From Pristiophorus japonicus (taxonomy: Eukaryota), in the NCBI RefSeq assembly GCF_044704955.1, contig NC_091995.1, forward strand, positions 40,176,001 through 40,240,000: a stretch of 64,000 nt of DNA. The letters run 5' to 3'. Made by a program: the position numbers and the translations under genes. This document shows positions 1 to 12,479 of the stretch, piece by piece (the stretch's first letter is position 1; each line of letters begins with the position of its first letter). A model generated the notes under the pieces. The model was not told where the DNA came from. It was given only the letters and a program-made list of their open reading frames with translations, and ran no database searches.

Positions 1-378
1 ACCTCTTTAAGTACTCTGGGATGCAGTCCATCAGGCCCTGGGGACTTATTGGCCTTCAATCCCATCAATTTCCCCAACACAATTTCCTGACTAATAAGAA
101 TTTCCCTCAGTTCCTCCTTCTTACTAGACCCTCGGACCCCTTTTATATCCAGAGGTCTGTTTGTGTCCTCCTTAGTGAATACCGAACCAAAGTACTTGTT
201 CAATTGGTCTGCCATTTCTTTGTTCCCCATTATGACTTCCCCTGATTCTGACTGCAGGGGACCTACGTTTGTCTTTACTAACCTTTTTCTCTTTACATAT
301 CTATAGAAGCTTTTGCAGTCCATCTTAATGTTCCCTGCAAGCTTCCTCTCGTACTCTATTTTCCCTGCCCTAATCAAA
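1..378 (-). mobile_element. CR1-clade LINE ORF2 fragment, decayed, runs off the window start
   Basis: Minus strand encodes the CR1 ORF2 segment GPDGLHPRVLKEV; similar to the CR1 at 48596..50717. Confidence 0.85.
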
Positions 379-1950
379 TAGCCTGAGAGTGCTCCGCTTC
401 TTGATCGAGCAGAGACCCAACCAGTCCCCATCCACCACCACTGCTCTCCTCCGCCTGGCTGAACTTGTTCTCACATTGAACAACTTCTCCTTTAACTCCA
501 CTCACTTCCTCCAAATTAAAGGTGTTGCTATGGGAACCCACATGGGCCCTAGCTATCACTGCCTTTTTGTAGAATATGTGGAAAATTCTTTGCTCCAGTC
601 CTACACGGGTTCTCTCCCTCACCTCTTTTTCCGGTACATTGATGACTGTATCGGTGCCGTTTCCTGCTATTGCCATGAAGTAGAAAATCTCAGGCACTTT
701 CCATCCAATTTCCACCCTTCCATCACCTTCACATGGTCCATCTCCAACTCTTCCCTTCCCTTCCTTGACTTCTCTGTCTCCAGTTCTGGGGATAGACTAT
801 TGACAAACATTCACTATAAGCCAGCCCACTGCCTCCCACAGCTACCTGGATTATATTTCCTCCTATCATGCATCCTGTAAGGACTCCATTCCATTCTCCT
901 AGTTTCTTCGTCTCCGTCGCATCTGCTCTGATGATGCCACCTTCCCCACTCGTGTCTCTGACATGTCTTCCTTTTTTCTCAACCGATGATTCCCCTCCAC
1001 CGTGGTTAACATGGCCCTTAACCATGTCCATTCTGTATCCCGCACCTCTGCTCTCATCCCTTCCCCTCCCTCTCAGAACCACTGCAGGGTTCTCCTTGTC
1101 CTCACCTTTCACCCCACCAGCCTCCACATTCAATGGATCCTCCTCTGCTATTTCCGCCACCTCCAACATGATTCCACCACCAAGTACATCTTCTCCTACC
1201 AGCTACCCCCTTTCCCCATCATTCAGAAGGGACCATTCCCTCCGCAGCAGCCTGGTTTTACTTGTACTTCTTTCAATTTAGTATACTGTATTCGCTGCTC
1301 ACGATGTGGTCTCCTCTACATTGCGGAGACCAAGTGTAGATTGTGTGACCGCTTTGCAGAACACCTCTGTTCACTCCGCAGGCATGACCCTGAGCTTCCG
1401 GTCGTCTGTCACTTTAATTCTCCACTCCACTCCCACTCTGATATCTCCATCCTTGGACTCCTGCACTGTTCCAATGAAGCTGAACGCAAGTTCGAGGAAT
1501 ATCACCTCATCTTTTGTTTAGGCATTTTACAGCCTTCTGGACTCAACATCGAGTTCAATTTCAGATTTTAACCTCTGTCCATACATTGCTGTGATATATT
1601 TTTCTCTCTCTTTGTTTCTCATGTTAGCTGATAATTATCCTTCCATTCACACCCTATCTAAGCTATTTTTTTCTAACTGCTATTTCCATCTCAAGTCAGC
1701 CCATCATTCCTTTGGTCTCTCTATTCTCTTCTGTCTTCCACCCTATCACAGACCTTCCCTTTTGTTCAGTCCTCCACTCCCCCTGTCAGTGCTCCTTAAG
1801 AATTTGCTGATTTCGAACATTCACCAGTTCTGAGGAAGGGTCATCGACCTGAAACATTAACTCTTCTTCCCTCCACAGATGCTGCCTGCCCCACTGAGAT
1901 TTCCAGCATTTTCTGTTTTTATTTCAGATTCCAGCATCTACAGTCTGCTG
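379..1950 (+). mobile_element. Penelope-like element (RT + GIY-YIG endonuclease), 5'-truncated, frameshifted, with 3' pLTR-like end
   Basis: ORF 389..880 has GVAMGTHMGPSY and FRYIDD (RT); ORF 1002..1571 has NLVYCIRCSRCGLLYIAETKCRLCDRFAEH (GIY-YIG) and ends QPSGLNIEF; the 3' region carries a hammerhead motif. Confidence 0.9.
1826..1862 (+). ncRNA. Minimal type I hammerhead ribozyme motif of the Penelope element (probably inactivated)
   Basis: AGTT-CTGAGGA-A-GGGTC atc GACCT-GAAA-CATT-AACT: CUGANGA and GAAA cores, stem II hairpin, AGTT/AACT stem I. Confidence 0.7.
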
Positions 1951-3339
1951 CTTTTGTTCTTGTAGTTCTGTGCCTCGTCCAAGTATTGGTATCGGATCGA
2001 GTCGCCAAAAAAGCAATGGTTAAAAGGGATTTCTGGAGACTGCTCAAGAAGAGGCAAAGGAAATGTTCTGTTATATTTGTGTGAACCCAGGAGAAACAGA
2101 AGAGATCCTTCTGCACATACAATAGCATCCTGGTGCAATGTTGCCACTGCGGGAGTGCATATCGCGCACAGACCGAACCAGCTGCCAGATCAGCATCGTA
2201 GCTGACTGAATCCTTGTCCATTCCAACCGGGAGCTGCTCCGGGCACCCTTCTGGCAGATGCAGCTGGCCAGCAGCGTGTAAACAAGGCTGAAAGCCAATC
2301 ATCAGGTGCTGAAAGTGGTCTTCCTCAACAGCAGGAGACTGACTCGGAGGGAATGGGTGCTCGTTTTACACCGGGTCTGAAGTTAGATTTCATTGAGGTC
2401 AATAGAAAGGAAACTCGGGCGCATTGCAAAGCAGACTGCCTGTGTGCCGTGGGCTGATTTCATGTTTCTGGTGAAGACCCTCCCTTACATCTGAAATAGT
2501 CTTGCATTGCATTTTTGGTAAAAGTTGAAGTTTTCTACAGACTGTAGATCTTTCTGTAGATTGTGGGCTTTACCACTTGGTCATTTTGAATCACTTTGGT
2601 GGAACATAGGGTGGCACGCAGGAAATGTAATCAGGGTAAAATGGGCTGCTAATTCACTTTCGCCCAATTTACGCCACTGCCCAAGAACAATTTCACGTCC
2701 ATGGTCGCTAATTTTCTGAGCTGGGACGGCAGCAATGAGTTTTATCACTGTTACTTGCTATGAAAAAACGTGTGCGCATGGTCACTAATTTTCAGAGTTG
2801 CAACTGCAGCAATACATGTTGTCACTCTTACTGGCTATGGAAAGACATGGTCCCAGTGGTCACTGTGTTGGTGCCAGGCAAGGTCATTAATCGCTAGCAA
2901 CTGCTCGGTAATGGAGCATATAGAGCAAACTGAATTGCTTGATTCTGAAACATTGCTGTTTGTACAAGCAACAGTTCTCAAAGCTTAAATTTCCACACTT
3001 GACAGAGATTTCAATCTGAGACAACAGCTATTGGTTTTTATGTTATTTTTCTCAGAATGGACACCAAAGAATCGCTTTTATGTCATCGTATGGGGGACAA
3101 ATTGTACTTCGATTCAAACAGATTCAAATACAGCTGGGCAAAATATTGAGAAATTATTTAAGGAGGCCTCCTTACGCAGCAGCAGATATCTGGGGGTAGA
3201 AATCCTTCGGAAGATCTCTTAAGCCCCACTCAATAGTGAATTCCATTGGTCTAAGGAACTGGACAACTGGTCTAAGGAGCGGGCAGATAATGGATGGTCC
3301 GCGCATTACCAGCCAAGACAATCCTGGTCTGCATTCATC

Positions 3340-4355
3340 TCCCACACACCCCAGCCCGTGCCCTCCTCACACCCGAGCCCGCGTCCCCTCTCACACCCCA
3401 GCCCGTGCCCCCCCCACATCTCAGCCCGTGTCCTCCCCCTCACACTCCAGCCCGTGTCCCCTCATACCCAAGTCCATGCCCCTCACACCCCAGTCCGTGT
3501 CCCCCCCCCCACACCCCGGCCCGTGTCTCTCCCCCACACCCCAGTCCGTGTCCCCTCACACCCCAGTCCATGTTCCCCCCCCCTCACACCCCAGCCCGTG
3601 TTCCACCCTCACACCCCAGCCTGAATCCCCCCTCACACCCCAGCCTGTGCCCCCCTCACACCCCAGCCCGTGTTCCCCCCTCACACCCCGGCCCGTGTTC
3701 CCCCCTCACACCCCGGCCCGTGTCCCCCCCTCACACCCCGGCCCGTGTCCCCCCCTCACACCCCGGCCCGTGTCTCTCCCCCACACCCCAGTCCGTGTCC
3801 CCTCACACCCCAGTCCATGTTCCCCCCCCCTCACACCCCAGCCCGTGTTCCACCCTCACACCCCAGCCTGAATCCCCCCTCACACCCCAGCCCGTGTCCC
3901 CTCACACCCCAGCCCGTGCCCCCCTCACACCCCAGTCCGTGTCCCCTCACACCCCAGTCCATGCCCCCTCACACCCCAGTCCATGCCCTCCTCACACCCC
4001 AGTCCGTGCCCCCCTCACACCCCAGTCCGTGCCCCCCTCACACCCCAGTCCGTGCCCCCCTCACACCCCAGTCCATGTTCCCCCCCCCTCACACCCCAGC
4101 CCGTGTTCCACCCTCACACCCCAGCCCGTGCCCCCCTCACACCCCAGTCCGTGCCCCCCTCACACCCCAGCCCGTGCCCCCCTCACACCCCAGCCCTTGT
4201 CCCCCTCACACCCCAGCCCTTGTCCCCCTCACACCCCAGCCCTTGTCCCCTCACACCCCAGTCCATGTTCCCCCCTCACACCCCAGCCCGTGCCCCCCCC
4301 ACACCCCAGTCCGTGCCCCCCCCACACCCCAGTCCGTGCCCCCCTCACACCCCAA
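3340..4355. repeat. C-rich minisatellite, ~22-27 bp unit CACACCCCAGYCCGTGYCCCCCT
   Basis: About 40 tandem units visible; produces the spurious Pro/His/Thr-rich ORFs. Confidence 0.97.
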
Positions 4356-4659
4356 TCCTGGTCCTGTTTGCAGTCTCAGTCATTCCCACTCCCCTGCCCC
4401 TTCCCCATAGCCCGGCTTTTTTTCCGTTCAGATACTTATCCAACTCCCTTTTGAAGATAGCTCGGCCACAATCCATAATGAAATTTTTCTCATTATAATG
4501 TGCACATGAAACAATGTATCACTGATAAATCTTCCTTTGCTGATTATTTGCTGAGGAAAAGCAAGGGAAATACAAATTGTAGGATTTTTCACCTGGGTCC
4601 AGAAGAGAACACGGTAGAATATTACAATCAGATCTTTTTATCGCACTGAATGGTTCACA

Positions 4660-7355
4660 GAATCATAGAAATTTATGGCATAGAAAGAGGCACTTTTGCC
4701 CATCATGTCTGTGCTGGCTGCAAAGGTGCTATCCAGCCTAATTCCACTTTCCAACTCTTGTTTTGTAACCCTGCAGAATTGAGCACTTAAAGTGTATATT
4801 GAAGTAATTTAAAATGCAATGAGGATTTCTGCCTCTATCACCCTTTGAGGCAATAAGTTTCAGACCCCCACCACCCTCTGGATGAAAAACACTCTCAACT
4901 CTCCTCTAATACTTCGACCAATTACTTTAAATTTATGCCCCTGGTTATTGACCTCTTTGCTAAGGGAAATAGGTCTTTTCTATCCACTCTATCAAGGCCT
5001 CTTGTAATTATACACAGCTCAATTAAGTCACCCGACAGCCTGCTCTGTTCCAAAGAGACTATCCAATCTTTTCTCTCAGCTAAAATTCTGCAGTCCAGGC
5101 AACATCCTCGTAAATCTCCTCTGTGCCCTCTCTCGTGCAATCACATCTTTCCTGTAATGTGGTGACCAGAACTGCATGCAGTACTCTAGCTGTGACTATA
5201 ATTGTATTTTATACAATTCAAACATAATCTCCCTGATCATATATTCTAGGTCTTGGCTAATAAAGGAAAGTATCCCAATTGTCTTCTTAACCACCTGATC
5301 TACCTCTCCTACTACCTTCAGGGATCTGGTCCAAGATTTCTCTACTCTTCTACACTTCCCACTATCCTATCATTTATTTTGTATTCCCTTACTTTGTTAG
5401 CCCTCCCAAATGCATTACCTCACACTTCTCTGGATTGAATTCCATTTTCCACTTTTCTACCCACCTGACCAGTCCACTGATATATTCCTACTGTCTACAG
5501 CTTTTTCCTCACTATCAACCGCACGTCCAATATTTGTATCATCTGCAGATTTCTTAATCATGCCCCCTATATTGAAATCTAAATCATTGATATATTGATA
5601 TGTACCACAAAAATCAGGAGATCTAGTCATGAGCCCTGCGGAAGTCCACTGGAAAAAGCATTCTAATCACAAAAACACTCCTGAGCCAATTTTTGATTGA
5701 ACTTTGCACTTTCCCTTGGATCCCATCAACTTTTACTTTTCTGACCAGTCTTCCATGTGGGGCGTTGCCAAAAGCCTTACTAAAATCTATGTAGACTACA
5801 TCAAACTTATTACCCTCATCCACCCTCCGTGTTACCTCCTCAAAATATTCAGTCAATTCAGTTAGACACGATGTAATCCTAACATGAATGCAAACTATTC
5901 ATTTAGACCACACCTGCGTCTTCCGCCTTAACACACAGGTTACCTTTTTGGTCTCTTTATCGACCATACTCTTCCTTTAGTTATTTTCTTGCTCTTTATG
6001 TATTTATAACACATCTTTGCATTTTTCTTGATTTTGCTCGCCAATATTTGTATGTCCTCTCTTTGCTTTCCTCATTTGCTTTTTTAATTTCACCCCAGCA
6101 TTTTCTATACTTCTTTCTGCACATTGAGCTCTCAGTATCTGACAGAAGCTTCCCTTTTTTGCTCTTTCCTTCCCTGTATAACATTTGACAACCAGGGGCT
6201 CTAGATTTTGGAGTCCTACCCATTTTGTTTGAGGCAACATATTTGCTCTGAATCCTCACTATCTCCCCCTTGAATGCCTCCCACTGCTCTGTCACTGATT
6301 TACCTTCAAGTGGCTGTTTCTAATTAACTTTTGCTAAATCAAATCTCAGCTTAGTAAAATTGGCGTTTTCGCAATTGAGAACTTTTAATCCTGGTCTATC
6401 TTTGTCCTTTTCCATAACTACAGTAAATCTAACTGAATTATGATCACTACCACCAAAATGCTCTCCCACTGGTACGCCTTCTACCAGCCCAACTTCTTTC
6501 CTTAAAACCAAGTCCTGAACCGTGCCCTCTCTTGTTGGGCTTGCTACATACTGGCTAAAAAGGTTCTCCTGAATGCATTGTAAGAATTTTGCATCCTCTA
6601 TACATTTACACTGCTTCTATACCAGTTAATATTAAGATAGTTGAAATCCCCTACTATTAATGCCCTATTGTTTTTACACTTGTCAGAAATTTGTTCTTCT
6701 ATCTCTCTCTGACTATTTGGGGATCTATAGTATATTTCCAGCAGTGTTATTGCCCCTGTTGTGTTCTTTAGAGAAACCCAAATGGCCTCATTTGATGACC
6801 CTTCTAACATATCAACCCTCCTGAGAGCTGTAATAGTTTCTTTAACCAATTTTGCGACCCCGTCCTTTTTTTAAATCCCTCTTTTTATCACATCTGAAAA
6901 CAGTGTAACCAGGAATGTTCAGCTGCCATTTCTACCTATTTTTCAACCATATTTCATTAATAGCCATGATATCAGAGTTCCACGTGACTATCTGTGCCCT
7001 CGGCTCATCTGAGCTCATCTGCCTTATTCACTGGACGTTTTCCATTGAAGTATGTGCTTTTAAGCACTTGCAGACCCCTTTGTTGTCTATTTTTCTAACA
7101 TTTGTTTCCTTTGCTTTTTAAAACTCAGGTACTAATTTGTTGTGTTTCTTTTCATACCTGTTGAGTTGCAAACTGTCCAGCATGTACATGTACCATCTCC
7201 CCAGAACCAGTCCCAAAGCCTCAGGAATCTAACTCCCTCCTTCCTGCACCATCGTGCCTTATCCTCCTATTTCTATACTCACGAGCTTCTAGCACGAGGA
7301 ATAATCCAATGATTACTAACTTTGAAGTCCTACTTATTAATCTCTTTACTAGCAG
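4660..7355 (-). mobile_element. Old, internally deleted CR1 LINE spanning ORF1 end, endonuclease, RT and 3' end
   Basis: Peptide remnants: SRTSKLVIIGLFLVLEAREYRNRRI (ORF1 esterase-like), YYRSPNS...IVGDFN and GSDHNSVRF (APE), VYIDFSKAF (RT), RLSGDLIE (C-terminus). Confidence 0.85.
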
Positions 7356-7570
7356 ATCCTGCACACCCTCACAAACATATGCAGCAAAAACCATCAGACC
7401 CAGCATACCCTCAGAAACATCAGCAGTAAAACCCTCACAAAAACCAGTTGCAACACCGTTCAGACCCAGCACATCCTCACAAACACCTGCACCAAAATCC
7501 ATCTGACCCAGCATTCTCTCACAAACACCAGCACTGGAGACCATCAATCATCTTTACCCACAAACAGAAC
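7356..7570. repeat. Degenerate short tandem repeat (CAGACCCAGCA...CTCACAAACA)
   Basis: 4-5 diverged units visible. Confidence 0.6.
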
Positions 7571-7629
7571 CAACAAAGCCAATCAGATCCAACCCCCACA
7601 CTGGCCTCCTCCCCAGACCCCGCCCCCAT

Positions 7630-9560
7630 AAATAGTGAGAGGGAGATATGGTGAGACAGTGATTATGATAGAAATAGAGTGAAAAAAAGAGAAAGGGAGG
7701 AAGTGATTGTGAGGGAGATAGATTTAGAGAGCGAAGGAGAAAGAGTGAGAGAGATGGAGAGAGAGGGAGAAAGTACAAGCAAGGGAGAGAGAACACACGA
7801 TGTAGAGAGCGAGAGATAGTGCACAAGAGAGTTTTGCATGAGGGCGAGGAAGCAGGTGAGAGTGAGTGAGGGTGTGGGTGAGGGAGAGGGTAAGGAAATG
7901 AGAAGGTGAGGGGGAGGAAGGGGGAGTGGGCGGGAGAGCAAAGGTGAGGGAGAAGGAGGGCAAAGCTGAGGGAGGGTAAACCAAGAGTGAGGGAAATTGA
8001 GAGCGAGGGAAAGTGAGCATGAGGGTGAAGGTCAGTGAGCACCATAGAGCTGGAGAGGGAGAAGGCAGGGAGAGTGGTGGATGGTGAGAGTGATGGCGAG
8101 GGATGGCAAGCTCGAGGGAGGGTGAAAGAGTTTGAAGAAGGGCAAGGGCATTGGAAACCGAGGGAGGATGAGCTTGTGAGCAAGAGAGGGTGAGGGCGAG
8201 AGAGTTACGGGCACAGAGGCGGAAGGGCGAAAGACAAGAAGGGTGAGGGAGTCGAGGATGAGGCATGTCATGGGTGAAGGAGGTCGAGGGCGAGGACAAG
8301 GAAGAGGATGAGGGAAAGAGCAAAGGTGAGGGTGAGGGAGTGGTCGAGGAAAAGGGGAGGGCAAGGGGGTGGCAGGTGAGGAGAGAGAGAGGGAGGTCAA
8401 GGCATCGGTTGGGTAAAGACGAGGGAGAGGCAGAGGAAGGGAGCGGGCATATGAGGGAGAGGGTGTCAAAGGAAATAGGCGAGTGGGGGGAGAAACTCAT
8501 AATGAAGAGGGTGCACAGAAGGAAATGGTCCGCAAGGGAGAGTGCGCGATAGAGAAGGTGTGTGAGGGAGGTGGAGCTTGAGGGAGGCGGTCCGTGAGGG
8601 AGAGGGTACATGAGTGACAAGCATGTGAGGGAAGTAGTGCATGAGGGAGATGGTCAGCAAGGGAGAGTGCGCATTGAGAAGGCATGTGAGGGAGGTGGTG
8701 CATGAGAGAGGCGGTCCACAAGGGAGAGGGTACATGAGAGATAGGGTGTGTGAGGAAGACAGGACACGCGAGGGAGAGGACATGTAAATTATTGGGCTTG
8801 CAAGAGAGAAGGCACGCAATGGAGAGAGCGTGCGAGGGTGTAGGCACACGAGAGAGAGAGCGGCGAGGGACAAGGTGCATGAGAGAGAGTGTGCGCTAAA
8901 GGATAAGGGGAGTGTTGAAGAGGGAGTGTGAGGAAGAGTTCGAATGAGAGAGATGGCACGCAAGGAAGAGTGTATTAAAGAGGGAGAATGCGTGATCGAG
9001 AAGGCATGCAAGGGACGTGGTTCAAGAAGGACAGGGCAAGGGAGGGAGAGCACGTGTGAGGGAGGGTGGGTATGCGAGGGAAAAGGTGATGGAGCAGCAG
9101 AGAGAAATGGATTGGGAGGGTGAGGAAGGGTGACGGCGAGAGGGAGGGAGAGGTGGCATTCACGAAGAAAAAGGGCACGCGCTCAAGGGCTAGGGTCGGG
9201 GCACATGCGCAAGTGTGAGGGGACGCACGAATGAGCGAAAAGCGGTGTGGATGAGAGTGAATGAGCCAAGCGAGAGGCACAAGCAAAAGAACGTGGGCCG
9301 TGTGCTTGAGGGAGGGAGGGAGGCAGGCGCTCAAAAGAGAGATTTTGCTTGGAAAATGGGCCGTCAGCACATGGGAGTGGGGGAAATGTGTGAGGGAGAT
9401 GGCTTGCGAGGGAAGGAAATGGTGCACAAGAGACACGCAAGGGCGAGGGTGTATGTGACAATGGGTGCATGTGTGAGAAGGCGCATGAGTGAGAGGGAGC
9501 GCTTGGGGAAGAGGGGGAGTACGAATAAGTGAGAAGGCGTATGACAGAGCGGGTGCATGA
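7630..9560. repeat. ~1.9 kb purine-rich (GA/GGA) low-complexity tract with degenerate internal repeats
   Basis: Strong G+A skew on the + strand; GAGGGAG and GAGAGGG recur. Confidence 0.9.
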
Positions 9561-9562
9561 AA

Positions 9563-10125
9563 GAGATGTCTCCGCAAGATCCTGCAAATCCCCTGGGAGG
9601 ACAAACGTATCAACATCAGCGTCCTCGACCAGGCCAACATCCCCAGATTTGAAGCACTGACCACACTCGATCAGCTCCACTGGGCAGGCCACATTGTTCT
9701 CATGCCAGACATGAGTCTCCCAATGCAAGCGCCCTACTCAGAACTCTGTCACAGCAAACAAGCCAAAGGTAGGCAGAAGAAACATTAAAAGGACACCCTC
9801 AAAGCCTCCCTGATAAAGTGCAACATCCCCAATGACACCCTGGGAGTCCCTGGCCAAAGACCATCCTAAGAAGAGCAGAAGTGCATCCAAGAGGGCGCTG
9901 AGCACCTCGAGTCTCATCGCCGAGAGCATGCAGAAATCAAGCGCAGGCAGCAGAAAGAGTGTGCGGCAAACCTTTCATACCCTCCCTTACCCTCAACGAC
10001 TATCTGTCCCACCTGTGACAGGGACTTTGGGCTCTCGTATTGGACTGTTCACTCACCTAAGGACTCATTTTAAGAGTGGAAGCAAGTCTTCCTCGATTCT
10101 GAGGGACTGCCTATGATGATGATGA
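9563..10125 (+). mobile_element. RTE-clade LINE 3' end with (ATG)n tail
   Basis: Encodes RCLRKILQIPWEDKRINISVL...QLHWAGH and a C-terminal CPTC...HLRTH zinc-finger-like motif; ends GAGGGACTGCCTATGATGATGATG. Confidence 0.88.
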
Positions 10126-11105
10126 CATAGCACTGCAGATGTGGTCTTACCAAAGCACAATTGCACTTCCTTACACTTGTACTCCAACCCCCATTCAATT
10201 CATGCCAACATACCATTTGCCATCCTGTTCCTTGCTGTACCTGCATGTTAACTTTCTGTGTTTCGTGTACAAGGACATCCAAATCCTTCTGAAAACAAAC
10301 ATTTAATAGTTTCTCACTATTTAAAAAATAATCTGTTTTTCTTTTCTTCCTACCAAAGTGAAGAACCTCATATTTCTCCACGTTATACTCCATCTGCCAC
10401 CTTCTTGCCCACTCACTTAACCTGTCCATATCCCTTTGCAGACATTTTATGTCCTCCTCACAGCTTACTTTCCCACCTAGCTTTGCATCGTCAGCAAAGT
10501 TGGATACATTACACTCAGTCCCTTCATCTAAGTCATTAATATAGATTGTAAATAGCTGAGGCCCTAGCATTTACCCACTCGTAACAGCCTGCCAACCTGA
10601 AAATGAACTATTTACTCGTGTTTTCAATATATTATCCCAACCCCATAAGCCCTTTTCCTGTTCAACAAACTTCCATGTGGCACTATATCAAAAGCCTTAT
10701 GGAAATCCAAATATACTACATCCCCTGGTGCCCCTTTATCTACCCGACTAATTACATGCTGAAAAACACTAGTAGATTTGTCAAACACGATTTCCGTTAT
10801 ATAAAACCATGTTGACTCTTACTAACCCCTTTATTATTTTCTAAGTGTCCCGTTGCCACTTCCTTAATAAAGGACTTGAGCATTTTGCAGATGACTGATA
10901 TCTGGCTAACTGGCCTGTTGTTCCGTTTTCTCTCTCCCTCTTTTCTTGAATAGTGGGGTTACATTTGCTACTTTCCAATCCACTAGAACTGTTCCAGAGA
11001 CTAAGGAATTTCAGAAGATCACAACTAATGTATCCACTATCTCAGCAGTCACCTCTTTTCAAACCCTTATATGTAGGCCGTCAGATCCAGGGGATTTGTT
11101 GGCTT
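10126..11105 (-). mobile_element. CR1 LINE RT fragment
   Basis: ORF 10070..10570: LGPQLFTIYINDLD...FADDAKLGG. Confidence 0.9.
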
Positions 11106-11624
11106 TTAGTTTTAGCTTATACTGATGGTATGTATATTGTATACAATGTATACATTGGGCTGCAGACGTGGCTCAGGATGCATTTCAAAGCAAGATTAAT
11201 ACAACATACATTAGAAACTGCAATGGTATGGACCAATTTCATGTAAAAAATATATTATACAAATATATGCAAAACAGGGTGCACAGGGCTCAGGAATTAC
11301 CTTTATTCCACAAAAAAATTGCAATTATCTTCAAAGAAGTTTTTCCAAAGTGATTTCATTTTTTTTTAAATAATTAGTTATTCACAGGGGAAAATATAAT
11401 TCAACAGATTTTAAACTAACCCGCCAGGTGTGAAAAAGATGGCTGAGTTCCCCTTCAGGCAGGTTGGATTAAAATTATTGAAGTATTTTTTTAACCATTT
11501 TTATTGGGAACAGGTGCTCAGCTGGTACAATCACTCCATTGGGCCTTACTATAATTTTCTATTGTCCACTGTGACTCGAAAATGTGAGAATAACAAGCAA
11601 CCGTTGCTCACACACAGTCTTTAC

Positions 11625-11818
11625 GCTGAAATGAAAGGTAAGTTAAAATTGGGTGTTTGTGTAAAATGGGCTACACAGAACTGGCTGCCCAATATGCGCC
11701 CATCTGATTTTCCTTTCATTAAATTCGCTGGAAAGGAAAATCGTACATAATGTGTAATAGACAGCTAATCGAATATCCTCCATTTTACACGATCACTCAA
11801 TGTTAAAATTATCTCCAA
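11625..11818. mobile_element. Fold-back MITE copy (putative Harbinger-dependent family)
   Basis: GTGTAAAATGGG...GATTTTCCTTTC/GAAAGGAAAATC...CCATTTTACAC inverted arms. Confidence 0.6.
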
Positions 11819-12479
11819 GGACTTAATTGGTGGTGAAATAGTCTCGGCTGGTATCGACAAACAGGCAACACACAATTGACAGCCACTTACATTCGGTGGC
11901 TATAAAAGATCCGTTTGAGCCCGGCGGCAAAAATGAGCATTTACCCAGTTGGCCGTTTCTTGTTCGTATGAAACTCCATGTTATTTAATTCTTACTTCTG
12001 GAAGTGGCCAGAGATTCTGCATGAAACCTCAGCGAGTGCAGCCACGATAAGAACACAGCCTATCGGATTTGTGTTTCTTGTCGTTATGACGACTGGTGGC
12101 CTGAAGGGCATCTGGAAACAAAAATAATTGACGTGCCTCCTCGGTCAAGGTGAGAAGTGATTCTTAAGCAGGAATCACTTCCCATGAAAAAATGTTACGG
12201 TCTTCATCAAAGGACAGCCTTTGATAACCTTTGCAACAATTAACGTGCCCAGCGGGACTGGCCGACCATGTGGAGGTGTTTCTTGAGGCTGAGACCTTCT
12301 GGCGCCATGACGCTCAACAATGACTCATGGAAAGCGTCAGCAAGCCTTGGTCAGTTCCAATTGTGACGTGCTGCTTATCATGTGAGGCTTGTGCTCATTG
12401 TTCTGTGCGGGGCTGGTGTGATGTAGCCATCACCTGACTCACATGTGACTGTTCTCTTGATGTACCGCCCCATGATCCC

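Noticed and set aside
1919-2330. Non-repeat ORFs next to the Penelope end as a host exon (lectin-like or prepropeptide-like)
   Set aside because: No convincing motif or consistent splice pair in any frame
3236-4498. Pro-rich extensin/mucin-like ORFs
   Set aside because: Minisatellite artefact; all three + frames are open
7554-9728. Leu/Ser/Pro-rich minus-strand ORFs of up to 298 aa
   Set aside because: Low-complexity pyrimidine strand lacks stops; no domain motifs
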